A stretch of DNA of 64,000 nucleotides. It comes from Balanoglossus misakiensis (lineage: Eukaryota; Animalia; Hemichordata). The notes beneath the pieces were generated by a model. It saw only the letters and a list, made by a program, of their open reading frames with translations. It was not told the origin of the DNA and made no database searches. Location: NCBI GenBank assembly GCA_040954595.2, contig CM082588.2:12413398-12477397 (forward strand), in the 5' to 3' direction. Within the stretch, counting starts at the first letter, position 1, and the number at the start of each line of letters is the position of its first letter. Position numbers and translations under genes: made by a program. Shown here piece by piece: positions 12,974-27,126 of this stretch.

Positions 12974-13098
12974 GAATCAACCAATATGTGATCCCAATCC
13001 GTGCTTGAACAGTGGTTTTTGCCAGATGACATCTGGATCATGTGAACTGTACACATGTTTCTGTCAGAATTGTTACACTGATGACCTTTGTGAACAAA
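12974..13098 (+). pseudogene. EGF-like exon with a 2-nt insertion
   Basis: cag|..|gtaag; CDPNPCLNSGFCQMTSGSCELYTCFCQNCYTDDLCEQ; in-frame paralog at 57604-57726. Confidence 0.75.
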
Positions 13099-13719
13099 GT
13101 AAGTTTTGATTTATTGTCTTGGGTTAATAATTTATACAGTTCAAAGTATCACCATTTCTTTCAATGTGTAGATTTTTTTGTTTTTCGCTACAAGTGTAAT
13201 CAAGATCTGCATGAAAATTTGGGTCGCTGTTCTAGTTTTAAATGTATACTTAACTACTATCAATAATCACGAACACAATCCTGGGTTTGGGGGTCAAAGG
13301 TCAACTGCCTTTAATGACAAATTGACAGGCTACACAGCCAAATACGCCAAACTTGAAATACAACAATCAATACTGAACAAGAAACAGTGAGAACAAACAA
13401 GAAGCAGCAAATAGGGTGGGTGGGTGGGTTTTTTGCGTTGAACAAGTGTGGCTATGCTAAGCAAGATGGCGACTGCCACAGCCTCGTACCAGGACTAGGG
13501 GAGAGCCACCTCGTACCCGCCCATTTAAATTGCAATAAAACAGAGTGTTATTGTCCACTTAAATGTATGCTTAACTACTATCAATAATCACGAAGACAAT
13601 CCTGGGTTTGGGGGTCAAAGGTCAACTGCCTTTAATGACAAATTGACAGGCTACACAGCCAAATACACCAAACCCCCAAACACCAGGACTACCAGCCCTC
13701 ATCATTAACTAAGCAATAG

Positions 13720-15453
13720 CTAGGGCCATGGATTGATCAGGACTGGAGGGATAGCGACAGACTGTGAGGTGTGTACAGGGAACTGGACGGAGTCCGAAAT
13801 ACAGACAGAAGCGTAGATAGGCCAGTCGTTGTTAGCTGTAGGTACGCTTTGTAGACTCCGCGTAGGCTGCTCCCTTGTATGAGGCAATGTCGCTATCCAG
13901 CTTCTGAATTTGGTGTTACACAAGTCCTGTAGCAGGAAATGATATGTGTTGTAAGACATGTATAAATGCCAGTTATTGACAAGGTCAATGCTATGGATCT
14001 GAAGGTACTCTAATGCTTTGAAATAGTGTTTGCATTCATGTAGCCTAGAGATCGAGTCAGCACAGTTCTCGTTTGTACTAACATATCTTGCCGTAATATA
14101 AAAGTTGCTGGTAGCTGAGAGCCAAAAGATCTCTCGCAGCCATACCATAGCTTGTTTGTTGCGTGAGGTGCCAAAGTTTATAACATACATAGTAGTTGTG
14201 TTATCAGTGTAAACTACTATGTGCCGCTTATCCCAAAAGCAGTGCCATCGCCTGCAGGCAAGTAGGACCGTGTAAAGTTCCTTCAAATTAATGTGCATTT
14301 CCGCTAGCATAGGAGAATCCGCTCGCCACTGACTGTAAAACCAGTCGGTCCTGTTAACGCCCGCTCCCGCTGTGTCGCAAGCATCGGTGACAAAAACCTG
14401 TCTGGGCACCGGGGTGTCATCGATGAAGAACGCCGTGCCGTTAAAAGTTTCGCAGAGGTTTGTCCACCAATTAATGTCAGCTTTAGCTTCAGCATTAAGA
14501 CGCACATGATGAGAGGCCCAATTTAATTTGCCGACCAGTCTCTGCAGCTCCCTTTTTGTAGCACGCTTCCTATTGTCCCAGGAGTGCAAATAACCACGCA
14601 ATTCTTGCAGTTTTTTATTGTCAAGAGAAAGTGTCCGCGAGACTGTGTCCATCTGTACTCCTAGAAAGGTGAGACGCTGCGTAGGGTGAACTACTTTGTC
14701 CCAATTTATTGTAAACCCCAACTGCTGCAAGAGGTGAAGTAGCGCTTTGAAAGCCTCTTCGCATGCCCGCTGTGATTCCGCAAGGATTAAGAAATCGTCA
14801 AGGTATACTATTACGGCCTGATATCCCTTGCGACGCATCATACGAGTGACACTTTGTGTAATTCTGCTAAAGATTTCCGGGCTCCTGGCGGCACCAAAGG
14901 GGAGCCTTGTGTCGGCCATGTATGTCCAATTTGTATTTCCTGAGAATTTGTATTTGAGTCCCGTTGCTCGCTGGGAGTCTAGGCTAATCGGCACTGACCG
15001 GTAGGCAGATATAAGGTCAATTTTTGCCAAGAAGGCGTTGGGTGTACATAATGATACCGCGTGGTCGATAGTTTCATAGGTGAATGATGTAGTGGTAGCA
15101 TATGAATTGACACCAAGTCCTTTGGGCTGACTGCAGTCATGTATAAGTCTGATTTTCTTTGAGTCTTTTTTGGGGATTGCTCCCAAACTACTAACAATGT
15201 CCGGTTTTGTTTCTACACAAATATAGTTGCCGCTTGCAATTTCCAGCTGGATTTGGTCCTCAACTGCCGCACGGTTACTCGCCTTGTTAACTGATGCGTA
15301 ATTGTTCCTTTCCACTTTGGTGAGTGGAATGCCAGGCGTAATAATATCAAAGCCATGTTTAATACCGTTAATCAAGAATTCCTTGTCAAAGTCTGAAACT
15401 AGTTCGTGTTCCCAAGTTGCTAAACGATCCGTCAGAGGGCTGGAGATTTTGTC
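13720..15453 (-). pseudogene. RT/RNase H of Ngaro-1 copy 1
   Basis: KIDLISAY, RLPFG, YLDDFL, FLGVQMDT, FVTDAC, INLKEL, YTDN; in-frame deletion at ~14512. Confidence 0.9.
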
Positions 15454-16389
15454 CTAGGCCTGATTATTGGTGGCTTTGTGGGGTGTCCCAGCTTTATGGC
15501 GGTACTGTGGATGGTCTTTTTGACAACCCTCCTCAATACACACGTGCGCGTAGCGACAGGAGGCCCTATTACAACTGCTCTGGTTCTGGAAATCAAAACA
15601 GATTTGTTTTCCTTTGGTGTCGAAAGTGCGCCCTTTTCCAGACACCTTGATCTTTTGGGAAGTCTGTCGTTTTTCTAGATGGTATAGAGACAAATGGAGG
15701 TTGACAGTGCCCCATTTAGTATCGGACGTGGCCTGTTTTTTCCTGTATTCGTGGTCGTACGTCATCACAGAAGGGGTACTGAATGACTGCACATATTCGC
15801 CAATGTTAATTGTGTGGTCAAGGTAATCCGAGACATCCTCCTGCGAAGCACCACATGACATCAATGTCTTGAGGATTCTGGCGTTAGCTGACACCCATTG
15901 CGCTAGTGTCACCTGATCGGGCTTAGGGCGTTGCGTGGCCGTGCGCATCACTAATTTCGTATCGCCTTCAGTTATCAGTTCGGTTTCATCGGTAGAATCG
16001 AAGGAACCTTTCTTCGTTGTCACATAGTCTGGGATGAGAAGGGGTTTGGTTTTCTGCTCACCTTTCTGACACTTGGCTGCAGATGCCGGTTTTTGGTCGA
16101 TAATCAGATCTTGTAAGGTATCGTCCCCCATCGACTGTAGCATCTCGTTCAGTTCCTTAAGCTTGGCCAGGTCTTTTGTCGTGACATTTTTTGCCTCAGC
16201 CATGTCTTCCTTCTCAAATGTGGTTTTGCTCTGGGGGTCTGCCGCTAACAGTTGGTTCCGGGCGTGACGCAGTATACTTCGTTGGCCGATTGGGAGACCT
16301 ATGTCGCCAATGTCCTTGTCGTCCAAGCACTTCAGCGTTGATTTTGTCGTGATCGCTTCATCTGTTAATTTACTGATGGTGTCTTTCGA
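15454..16389 (-). pseudogene. gag of Ngaro-1 copy 1, start codon deleted
   Basis: Matches 31813-32799 without the N-terminal residues. Confidence 0.85.
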
Positions 16390-17044
16390 GTGTTATTGTC
16401 CACTATGGATTATGAGGCTTTTCTATGAGAAAAATTTTTTGACCCCATACTGGTCCAGGTCCATCAGAAACCAAACCTTCAGCCCTATTGGTTCGCCTGG
16501 AATTAGGTATGCACATAATTAATAAGTTAAGCAGTTGTACAGGTGACCTCAAAATTCGGCTTTTCATTTTAGTCCCATCCCTCGAAATGCTAAGGCTGTA
16601 CCTGCTCTGGAGGCCGAGATATGAGAAAGTAGATCACCTGAGGTCACCCAAAATTTTATGGAAAAAATTGGACCCCACACTTGTCCATGTCCAACAGAAA
16701 CAAAACCTCTAGCCCTATTGGTAAGCCTAGAATGAGGTATGCACATAATTAATTAGGTCAAAGGTCAAGGGGTAACAAGTACATGTGTATGCTTCATCCC
16801 ACCAAATATGAAGTCTGTCGGTCTAATAGTTATGTACTTATGATCATTTATGTTATATATAGTTCAAAGGTCACCAAGGTCACGTGACATTGCGGCGAAA
16901 TGATTTGGTCCAATAGTTGTACCTGTCCACCAAAAATCAGCTCCCTAGGTGTATTAGTTAGCGTAGAAGTAGATATGTGTTTTTCAAGGTGGGTCAAAGG
17001 TCAAGGGGTCACCCGAAATTTGGCTTCTCATTTCGGCCCCTTGG

Positions 17045-17800
17045 TCAGTCCCTGTTCACTCCATAAATGGAGACGTGTTCTGCGCAACCACAGCTGGACC
17101 TGTGAAAGATCAAATCCGATCGACATATTTAGTTTCCGTATATTATATTGACCAATGCAGACTAAATCTAATAGAATTACTACATGTAGTATATCGTGTA
17201 CAATACACACGTTTGGCAATATTGCAGTTTGAGTGTTAGATGCTGCAGACGTGTATACCCGATCTAAATTTCCGACCGACACATGTACATGTATCACTGT
17301 TCACATGTACATACACTGTAACCGCGTTCTGAAAATGACATGGTATTTTCAAAATGTTACCCCAAATTACCCCATCATGTGAGAGCCATGAAACTCACAC
17401 CCATTGTCCAGCAGTAGTTAGTTGACTATCCTATTCCTGTTCAAAGAACGGGTGTGAAAAAGTCACTAAAACAGCATTGATACAGAGGTGTATAACACTG
17501 TCCATGATTTCAAGAGAAAAACATGAACGCAGCCCAGGCAGATCGGTCACTGTATGTGGCGATATCTTTCTAAGTATTTCACTCAACTTGTACAGACGAT
17601 GGCATGCTGTCTTCTGGAATGTGCTGGTAACGTCCCACATCGAAATTTTCCGAAGTTGCCGCTCCATAGTGTCGAAAATCACCAAAGTCTACGTGTAAAC
17701 AAATCAGCGAATGATACTCACTTGCGAACTTCGCGGGATATGCAAATTTATTTCTGAGCATGTGCAGTACGTCTCCATTTATGGAGTGAACAGGGACTGA
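17045..17800. mobile_element. MITE with ~32-bp TIRs
   Basis: TCAGTCCCTGTTCACTCCATAAATGGAGACGT at 17045 and its reverse complement ending at 17800; partial copies at ~40632-40950 and from ~59323. Confidence 0.65.
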
Positions 17801-17912
17801 TGGTGATTGCTGGCAAGCTGCAGTGAACACTGGCTGTCCAGGACCTTTATAATATAGACCAGAATGCCATAATAGATGTGATAGCTTCATTGTACAGGTA
17901 TAGGCCTATGGC

Positions 17913-18325
17913 TAGGTCACATGACTAATTAACTATTAATTGTTGGGGTCACATCCACACGGCCTCGTCCACAGTGCCAAGTTTGAGATTGCTACATTGA
18001 GTCCTTCATGCTTGAATACAATGTTGTCATAGCCTTTTTGTAAATTTGGCCCTTATATGGTCATCATGTCACGTGACAAATTATATATTCACGGATTAGG
18101 CACGTGTCTCCTCATTGGCCCCGTCCACTGTGCCATGGTTAAAATTTGTACATTGAGTCCTTCATGCTTGAATATGGTGTTGTCATAGTTTATTTGTAAA
18201 TTTTGCCCTTATATGGTCATCATGTCACGTGACTAATTATACATTCACGGGTTAGGTACATGTCCACTCATTGCCCCATCCACTGTGCCAAGTTTGAGGT
18301 TTGTTCATTGGGTCCTTCATACTTG
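17913..18325. repeat. ~156-bp tandem repeat inside a HINE-like remnant (twin at ~41063-41475)
   Basis: GTCACGTGAC..GTCCACTGTGCCA..TCCTTCATGCTTGA units. Confidence 0.6.
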
Positions 18326-18408
18326 ATTATTACACCTCACTCTGTATTCTGTAGTCTTGATTGGCTGAAACCGTACCACGTGACATAGAAAAAAAACGTG
18401 ATATTACA

Positions 18409-19571
18409 TAGTGCAGGAGCTAACCCCACATTTTGGCATAATTGTGCACTTTGGGTTAAAAGCATAAAACTTGGTACACTTATGCATTGACCCGTGGCAG
18501 CCGTTTTCTGATATGGATCCAAAATTACAGCGCCCTCTAGTGGCCAGAAAAAGACATTCATACTTAAAAATTGTGCACTTTGGGTTAAAAGCATGAAATT
18601 TGGTACAATTATTCATTGACCCATGGCGGACATTTTCCAATATGGATCCCAAAGACAGCGCCCTCTAGTGGCTAGAAACTGACATTTACACTTTTCCCTC
18701 CATTAATGACACTTTTTGGGCAAGTTTAACACTCAGAGACAGGAATGTGGGTTGTAAAACATGCTTGCTCCCATACATTCCTTTGAATATTATCCTAATC
18801 CTGATGTACATGCATCAGATCAATCTTGTATGTTACTAATTGAACGATTTGTTCTTCGAAATAACAACCAGTTCAATACACAAAGTCATGCAAAGGGGTA
18901 ATACAACACCTCTTCTCCAGAAAGTCAAGGGTTCTCGAGAATACAGGCAGCATCTAAAGAACATGTGCTGTGAGAAACCTAGCAAAGCTATATCAAACCA
19001 ACAGAATCCCAGTGGAAATCAAGTTGGACAACTCTTAGTCAAGCCCAAGAAAAGAGTCAACCTCAGGAAATCAGTGGCCAAAAGTCATGCACATGATTCT
19101 GTAGGTGCTTTAGGTCTAGTCTGACAGCAGTGGTCATTGTTACTGTGAAGGAAGATGTAATCAAGATTGATCTGATACATGTATATCAGGATTAGGATAA
19201 TATACACATGAATGTATGGTAGCAAGCATGTTTTACAACCCACATTCCTGTTTCTGAGTGTTACAAATGACCAAAAAGTGCCATTAATGGGGGAAAGTGT
19301 GAATGTCAGTTTCTGGCCACAAGAGGGCGCTGTCATTTTGGATCCATATCAGAAAATGGCCGCCATGGGTCAATGCATAAGTGTACCAAGTTTCAGGCTT
19401 TTAACCCGAAGTGCACGGTTTTTAAAGTATGAATGTCTGTTTCTGGCCACTAGAGGGTGCTGTCATTTTGGATCCATATCAGAAAATGGCCGCCATGGGT
19501 CAATGCATAAGTGTACCAAGTTTCATGCTTTTAACCCAAAGTGCACGATTTTTTTGTTAACTGCCCCACTA
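18409..19571. mobile_element. hAT-like MITE copy 2, with recombinant flanks
   Basis: TAGTG...CACTA; left flank equals that of copy 3 and right flank equals that of copy 1. Confidence 0.85.
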
Positions 19572-19639
19572 TAAGGAAGTACTAATGCCCCGATTCACTG
19601 CCTCACACCATTGAGTATTGGTGCCAAATCTAACCTTAA

Positions 19640-21882
19640 AGCCTCAGTATTTCTCGTAGGGGCAAAATTTTGTTTGAAACGGCATCTATAATTTCTAAAA
19701 GTAGATGATATAATTGATACTGAAGCGAACAGTCATCATCCCCAGCTCTGCTGATAAACTCATACAATTTACAATATAACGAGTGAAGAATGACTTTCTC
19801 TCCGGACAGAAAGTCACGTGAGTCAGGCTCCTGTTGACACACGGAATGCAACGTAATTACACTACTGCGCATGCGTACTCAAATGTACACAAGTATCAGC
19901 AAACAGCAACGGCGCGGCGTCCACATCCGCGTCCATAGAGTCTACGCGGAAGGGGTTTGGTCGCCCCAAATCTAGCGACTTAGCGAAGAAACGCGCACTT
20001 AGGGACGAGGTCATTTTCAAATAGGCGATACCACGCGAGGTTACCCCCCCCCCCCCTCGCCCTACTCTGGCAGTTCAGACGGGAAAGCGATTAGCAGCGT
20101 TTAATGAGTTCGCATGCGTAATGTATCCCAATGCGATACCACACTGATTAGCACCTCGTTAGTGTACTGTTGTTTTATGTTGAAGGCTTCTGATTTCGCT
20201 GACAGTCTTCTGCATGTACTCTTATGGGTGACAGGAGAGAGAGAATTGTGCAAGGTTATCAATACATGTATGTCTGTTTTGAACTTTCATGTCTGTTTTG
20301 GACTGAGAGCTGTTGAATGAGGGAGAGATCTCGCACGAACGATCAGGAGGTCGCGCAGACGAAATCCTTTCATTGCGTGAAGCAACAATCTCACAATAAA
20401 ATTGCAACATGAGCTGAGTAGGCCTAAGTGTCCTTTCCTGCCAACGCATGCCACAAGTGAATTTGAGAAAACTTGTTCCACATGTATAAAATCCATAGAG
20501 TATTTCTAAAAGCTGGGGAGTTCATTCTAAGTACAACTGTTGTCTGGCTAGGGGTCCCATCTTGAACGTCACCTTATGAGTGACCCTCTGACCTAAAGCA
20601 TGTTGTACAGGGAATAATGTCAACTCTGTCTTTTTAGTCTTATACAAGAAATTTGCAGTGGAAACTATATTAAAAGTTCAATTGGAGGGTTTTCAACAAA
20701 ACTGAGAATTCCGGTACAGAGGTATTGGTTGGTTTCAGAAGCAATTGGAGTCATGGAAGTTCACTGCCTGCGCACCCTAGTCCGATACAATATAGGCGTG
20801 ATATCACAGTGTAACTTATACTTCCCAAGAGCGTGACTGCTTGTATGTACTGTATCAAATTCAACGATAAACCAAGTTTGCTACAAGTGTGCTATGAAGT
20901 TGTTATCAGTATCGATTACAGGTCGTAAGGTCATAAACTGTGAACATTGATTCTCTTGTACGCGTACACCCAAGCCGGCGAAAATGAAAAGATTTTACAA
21001 AAAAAAAAACAGGCCAGCGATTTTCCTCTGTTTACAGACGGAAATTTTTCGCTATACAGCCGGCTATTTTTCCGGCTTCCGACTATTTTCTACATCCCTG
21101 CTTTTAGCGAGGGCATGACCTTCTGTGGTCAGTATGGGACACTTGAGTTCGCGATTGCCTGCTTCTATAAATAACTAACATGGTCTCTTACTCAGTCGCG
21201 CAAAAGGGGAAAAATAAGACCATATTCTCGTGATTTTTTCTCTCTCAATTATTGGAGCCGTTCAGGCCATTTGCTACCGCAGGGTTACTGTTGGACTACA
21301 GGGCTGTTTAGACAATATAATGGCACTAGTTCAAGGTGTGAACGACCCCGGTAATGAGTTGCTCATGAATATTCACGTCATATAACATGAGAGGAGTTAT
21401 ACTATGCGAATGCGAGGTCGGGGAAACCGCGCGCGGTACTGCCTACTTGAAAATTACATCTTCCCTAATTCGGCGAAATTACGGGAAGATAAATATATAG
21501 GATGAAATCAGTCGATGGAACCAGATCAAATCCGAAAATGTTCTGACATCAAATGTCGAAATTGCACGTTTGCTGATCGACCGTAAGAAAGTGACCAGAG
21601 CCCTCCGAGGTCCGTATTGTTTTGATCACACGTAATCCCAAACATCTCGCGAGATTGATGCGTCATCGCTATAAGCGTTCTCGGTCACATGTACACCATG
21701 TCCAATGTAAACAAACCCGCGCATCATATCAAGTGTTACGGCAATATTTTCGACTTGCATGTAGCTACAATTGCCCAAACCTTTCTTACATCTTCATTAT
21801 GTAGTATTCCATGATGAATGTACAGGAAAAACGGGCTTTTTTCGATGATGAAAAATGGATACACACGAGAAATACTGGGGCT
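19640..21882. mobile_element. Non-autonomous Kolobok-like element, copy 2
   Basis: Same TIRs and TTAA flanks as 4145-6389. Confidence 0.85.
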
Positions 21883-23028
21883 TTAATATTCCATTCTATG
21901 CATGTTGCTTATCATGGCAATGGCAGCCATATTGGATTTCTCTGGTATTGGGGTGTAGGGTAACAATATGTCATTTTCAATGTAAATATTTTCTGCCTGG
22001 CCAAATTAGTATTTTTTTGTAAAGCAGGAGTGTCAAGTGTTTTCATATGTTAAATTTGTACAAATCCCTGCATTGGTTTTTCTGAGGGGGGTGTTTATTT
22101 TCAGAAATTTGAGCAAAAACATGAGTAATATTGCATTTCCATTGAAAATTAGCAAAGTTTTACGTTGTATTTCAAATTTCTGCAATGATTACAACAGTTA
22201 TGAGAGAGACAGTCTTTGACAAGTGCACAACTTGTAGGATCTATGTTCTGGGGCTGCAAGATTTTTTTCTAGTGGTATGATTTCATGTGTCACAGTTTTT
22301 TTTGTCAATTAAAATTACATGTGTCATTACTACACATGTATGGTTTCAAACTGACCCATCAGCAGAAGTACTTGGCAAGGGATTTTTATATTTTAACATT
22401 ATTTATTGGGACAGTCTGTCTTTTTACTGGTAGTCAAATTTTGCATTTTTGTTAATTTTGACTTCCCTATATTGGCACAAGACCTGTAATTCACTTCCTG
22501 GTTCGTAACCCTCGAAGATAGTCCGTAAAAAGTAGTGCATTGCCTAATATTTTGAGACCTGAATTGATGCTGAATAGGATTTACCATGGATATGTAGCAT
22601 TTTTGGAGAGAGCATTTTGAGATGCATTCAAAATTCCCACTGGTGTGAGAGAATGTGGTGTAATGTTGTTGTACACAGCGGAGTAATCGAAGATGAGGCG
22701 ACTGTGCACTTTGGCATAATTTTTTTTCAAAATTACCACTGGGGTCGCTATTTTGATCTCTCCCGAAAAAAAAATCCATGGACTTGCCTGCACGAAAATT
22801 TAGCCTGTGCACAAACAGACCATGTTCTGACAGTAGTTAACGGGATTCGGCTCGCTCAACGTTATAAAATAGGAATATTTAGCTCAACGCTACCATTGTC
22901 ATATATGGGAAATGAATCACAGATCTTGCGCCTATATAGAGGAGTTTTAAGGTATGGTCCTATTGGATACAATTTGTCATTTTTTTTATGTTTTGGCGGG
23001 TCTAACCTAAATTCTGTCATCATTAGCA

Positions 23029-23268
23029 ATGGACCCCGACACGCTAGAGAAATACCGCACAAAGCTTCACGAAAATTCATTCTTGGCCAGCAACGGGGAG
23101 TGTCAGATATGGTGTGGTTCCTTGAAAACAGGGGGAAAATATGGAGTCACAAATGTAAAACAGTCGAGCACTTCTTCGTGGAAGTGTATTGTGGTCCATC
23201 GTGTATCATACATGGTGGACCACAATACCACAGTGGTTGTCAAAACTCTGGATAAACTCAGTGTGTAG
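23029..23268 (+). pseudogene. His-Me finger endonuclease fragment, copy 2 (convergent transposase fragment extends to ~23627)
   Basis: Translation identical to 7537-7776. Confidence 0.65.
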
Positions 23269-23736
23269 GTCACGGCCGTTTCAGGGTGTGCAGGCTTGAC
23301 CTTTCGTTATCATGAAAGGTATAAGATATTATTACAGATTTGACAGTATATTTGTTCTCTGGGTAAAGTTGTACATTTTATCATATTTCTTTTCCATTGT
23401 CATTGATTTCAGACTTGCTGCTGCACTACCACCCCTTGTCAAAGGACAGCTTAAGGCTTCATCCTTTGTATGTGTTGATTCAGCCAATCCATTATTTAGA
23501 CGATGAATTGCTGAAGCTCAACGTGAAGTCGCATTGCGAGAGAAGTTGACATTTTTAGGTAAGTAAGTACTAATGCCCCGATTCACTGCCCTACACCTTT
23601 GAGTATTGGTGCCAAATCTAACCTTAATATTCCATTCTATGCATGTTGCTCAGCATGGCAAAATGTCATTCAGTGGCAATGGCAGCCATATTGGATTTCT
23701 CTGGTATTGGGGTGTAGGGTAACAATATGTCATTTT

Positions 23737-25486
23737 TAGGTCCCATTGGTATAGGCATATATACCATGGGACCTTATGGGATGGGTTGCGTCTGTATGTA
23801 TGTATGGATGGATGGATGGATGGATGTATGTATGTATGGAGGTATGTCTGTATGTCCGTCCACATCAAAAACTTGAAAACCGCTGCGCGTATCACCTCAA
23901 TATTTGGTGTGTAGGTGCAGGCAGGGCTGCAGATGGGAGTTTGTCCAAATGAAATTGCCAGGCCCAAAAATATGCAAATTAGCTTGTAAAATGTGAAATT
24001 GATCAAAACTCTGTAAGTCAACAATTACTGGTCAGATTGCTTTGAAAATTGGTATGCATGTACCTTATGTCAACCTCACACCGACCTGTAAGTGTTCAGT
24101 TGATATCATGGATGTTTTATTTGTTATGAATTTTTTAGTCTTTTTATTAAATTTATACCTTTACTTATACCTCTATGGTTAAGCTATGTCCACGTCTTAT
24201 TGTGGAATTCTGGTCTGTGCAATAGTCCTGTACAGTGACTGTCTATTGGTCAGTGAGCACAATGGGGCCAAAATAAATGGCAAAATGTTGGGATCACCTG
24301 TAACACCTGCTTAACACATTAATTATGTGCATACCTAATTCTGGGCTAACTAATAGGGCTGGAGGTTTCGTTCTTGTGGGACATGGATCAGTATAGGGTC
24401 AAAATTTCTTTCCCAAATTTTGGGTGACCTCAGGTGACCTTTGACCTACTTTCCTATATCTCGGCATCCAGAGCAGGTACAGACTTGCCGTTTGGAGGGT
24501 TGGGACTAAAATTGAAAAGCCAAAATATTGGTCACCTGTGACACCTGCATATCTCATTTATTATGTGCATACCTAATTCAAGGCTAACCAATAGGGCTAT
24601 AGGTTTGTTTTTTGTTGAACATGGACCAGTATAGGGTCAAAATTTCTTGCCCAAATTTTGCATAACCTCAGGTGACCTTTGACCTACTTTACCATTTCTT
24701 CGCATCCAGAGCAGGTACAGACTTGGCGTTTGGAGGGTTAAGCCAAAATTGGGGGTCACCTGTGACACCTGCATATCTCATTAATTATGGGCATACCTAA
24801 TTCCAGGCTAACCAATAGGGCTATAGGTTTGGTTTTTGTTGAACGTGGACCAGTATAGGGTCAAAATTTCTTGCCCAAATTTTGCATGACCTCAGGTGAC
24901 CTTTGGCCTACTTTACCATATCTTGGCATCCAGAGCAGGTACAGACTTGGCGTTCGGAGGGTTGGGACTAAAATTGAAAAGCCAAAATTGGGGGTCACCT
25001 GTGACACCTGCATATCTCATTAATTATGTGCATATCTAATTCCAGGCTAACCAATAGGGCTATAGGTTTGGTTTTTGTTGAACATGGACCAGTATAAGGT
25101 CAAAATTTCTTGCCCACATTTTGCATGACCTCAGGTGACCTTTGACCTACTTTATCATATCTTGGCATCCAGAGCAGGTACAGACTTGGCGTTTGGAGGG
25201 TTGGGACTAAAATTGAAAAGGCAAAATTTGGGGTTACCTGTTACACCTGCATATCTCTTTAATTATGTGCATACCTAATTCCAGGCTAACCAATAGGGCT
25301 ATAGGTTTGGTTTTTGTTGAACATGGACCAGTATAGGGTCAAAATTTCTTGCCCAAATTTTGCATAACCTCAGGTGACCTTTGACCTACTTTTCCATATC
25401 TTGGCATCCAAAGCAGATATGCTTATTGCTATGTTGCTATGTGCTATGTTGGCTTGGGCCTGCTATTGCTGCTTGCAGCTATATTT
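23737..25486 (+). mobile_element. HINE-like element copy 2, with one fewer 239-bp unit
   Basis: Twin of 8245-10232; the duplication offset drops from ~15492 to ~15254 across it. Confidence 0.7.
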
Positions 25487-26222
25487 TTTCTTTAAAACTG
25501 CTATTAAATTTTTAATTACCAGTGGCAGGTCAGTGTCTGTCTGTCTGTCTGTTCCAGGGCTGACTGAAAGAAGTTGCTTCTCATATGTGTTTGTACAGAC
25601 AATTTTTGGTCATTTTTTTTCTAGCACCACTTGTAAGACTGCCATGACACATGACAGTTTATTGGGCATGTTCCTTGTTAATTTTTTTACATTCCATATT
25701 TCTATATCGTAAGATCATATCTGCTTGCAATGTCACCTGTAATTTTTATTCTGGTGTGTCACTGTTTCCGCATAATCCTCAAATGCGACCACAGTGTCCT
25801 TGACGCTATTTTTACATTGAATGGACTAGTCTGCTCAAACTTTCCTCACCAAAAATTCTGTTTAATCTTCTGTAACATGTATACTAGTATACATGTAGCT
25901 GCCTGATAGTTTGCCCTGTGTGTGTAATTGCTGAGTGACATAACGCATTCTGTGATTGGTCCAGTCACGTAACCACCAATCAGATCGCTTGTTATAAGGA
26001 GAACTGCGCGACCTTTTACCGCATTAGCATACCTAATTTTTAGGGCTCGATATTACCTCTGAGGACGCAATATTTAAGTTGAAGTTTTTTTTTTTTATCA
26101 TATTAATGCAAGAAGACTTGCTTTTTATGTAAAAGAAATAGACCCTAATATACAGAGTGCATTTTGAAACGATAGGCAGGTCCGGCCCATAGCCTAATTC
26201 TTCATTTTTCTGTCATGCGTAG

Positions 26223-26339
26223 GAATTGATCAGTGCTAACAACCCATGTCAAAATGGCGGCACTTGCCAACCCTAACCTTGTGTGTGGCATTGACGTGCA
26301 CCTGCCAAGGATGCTATACTGGGGAGTGCTGTGAAAATT
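26223..26339 (+). pseudogene. EGF-like exon, frameshifted, copy 2
   Basis: Twin of 10970-11086. Confidence 0.7.
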
Positions 26340-26794
26340 GTAAGTCAGTTTCTTTTGTCAAATTAATCAATATGTGTGGGACTGCTATACATGTATATAA
26401 AACAGAATACTGCGATGGAAAATTCAATAACTTAATGTTTCAGTGGATATATGACTTAAAGTTAGCAGGATGCAGTAAATTCAACAGAAAGTGTAATTTC
26501 CTCTTGTGTGAGCTCTGTGCGACTGTGCCAATGAAAATCTCACCACAAACAAAAATGACAGGTATACACTGTATATTAGCAGCTTTGTCTCTGTAATAGC
26601 CATAGTGTTTTGAAGTTGAAAACTTGCAAAGTGTGCAGTTTTATTCAGACTACAAAGGAAACATTGTTGAAACGGATTATCTGTGTACATTGTCAAACTG
26701 TACACTTGTCGTGAGATTTATTCTCAATTATATTATATCATGCTACAGTCCGCAATTCTGATTGGTCGAGAGCTCAATCCAGCGATGCTAAAAT

Positions 26795-27078
26795 TAAGCA
26801 ATAACACACCCCCAGCCATGGTATACCACGAGATTTTGACCAGTTCACGACATGGAGTTGAACTGGTCAAAATCGAGTGGTATACCATGGCTGGGGGTGT
26901 TTTATTGCTATTATATTATGCCAGTATATTGAAACTTTGCATAAAACATTTAAAAAAGGCATTTTCTTTGACTATGGTATATGACCGTGGTATATGTCTA
27001 ATATATCACGGTCACGTGTCGTGTCTCGACCAATCAAATGGCGTGATTTACACCATCAATATACTGGTATAATATAAT
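26795..27078. mobile_element. ~284-bp insertion with a long terminal palindrome (unclassified, possibly Crypton-like non-autonomous)
   Basis: Absent from paralogs at ~11541 and ~56170; hairpin at 26797-26909. Confidence 0.75.
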
Positions 27079-27126
27079 ACTCAATAATGCACTGCTGGCA
27101 GTGGTAAAACGGGCTTTCTGTTTGCC

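Larger units (their letters stand above)
13239..16404 (-). mobile_element. Ngaro-type YR retrotransposon family 1, copy 1 (YR, part of RT and most of A1 deleted)
   Basis: Same B/A/B split repeats and ORFs as 28773-32947, with several internal deletions. Confidence 0.92.
2914..18408 (+). repeat. Segmental tandem duplication, unit 1 (internally deleted)
   Basis: Near-identical to 18409-41558; ORF-track twins at a ~15.5-kb offset (3346/18840, 7820/23312, 13042/28576). Confidence 0.95.

Noticed and set aside
22617-23255. 212-aa ORF
   Set aside because: Created by a T-run length change, broken in the twin (7124-7763) and off-frame to the His-Me ORF
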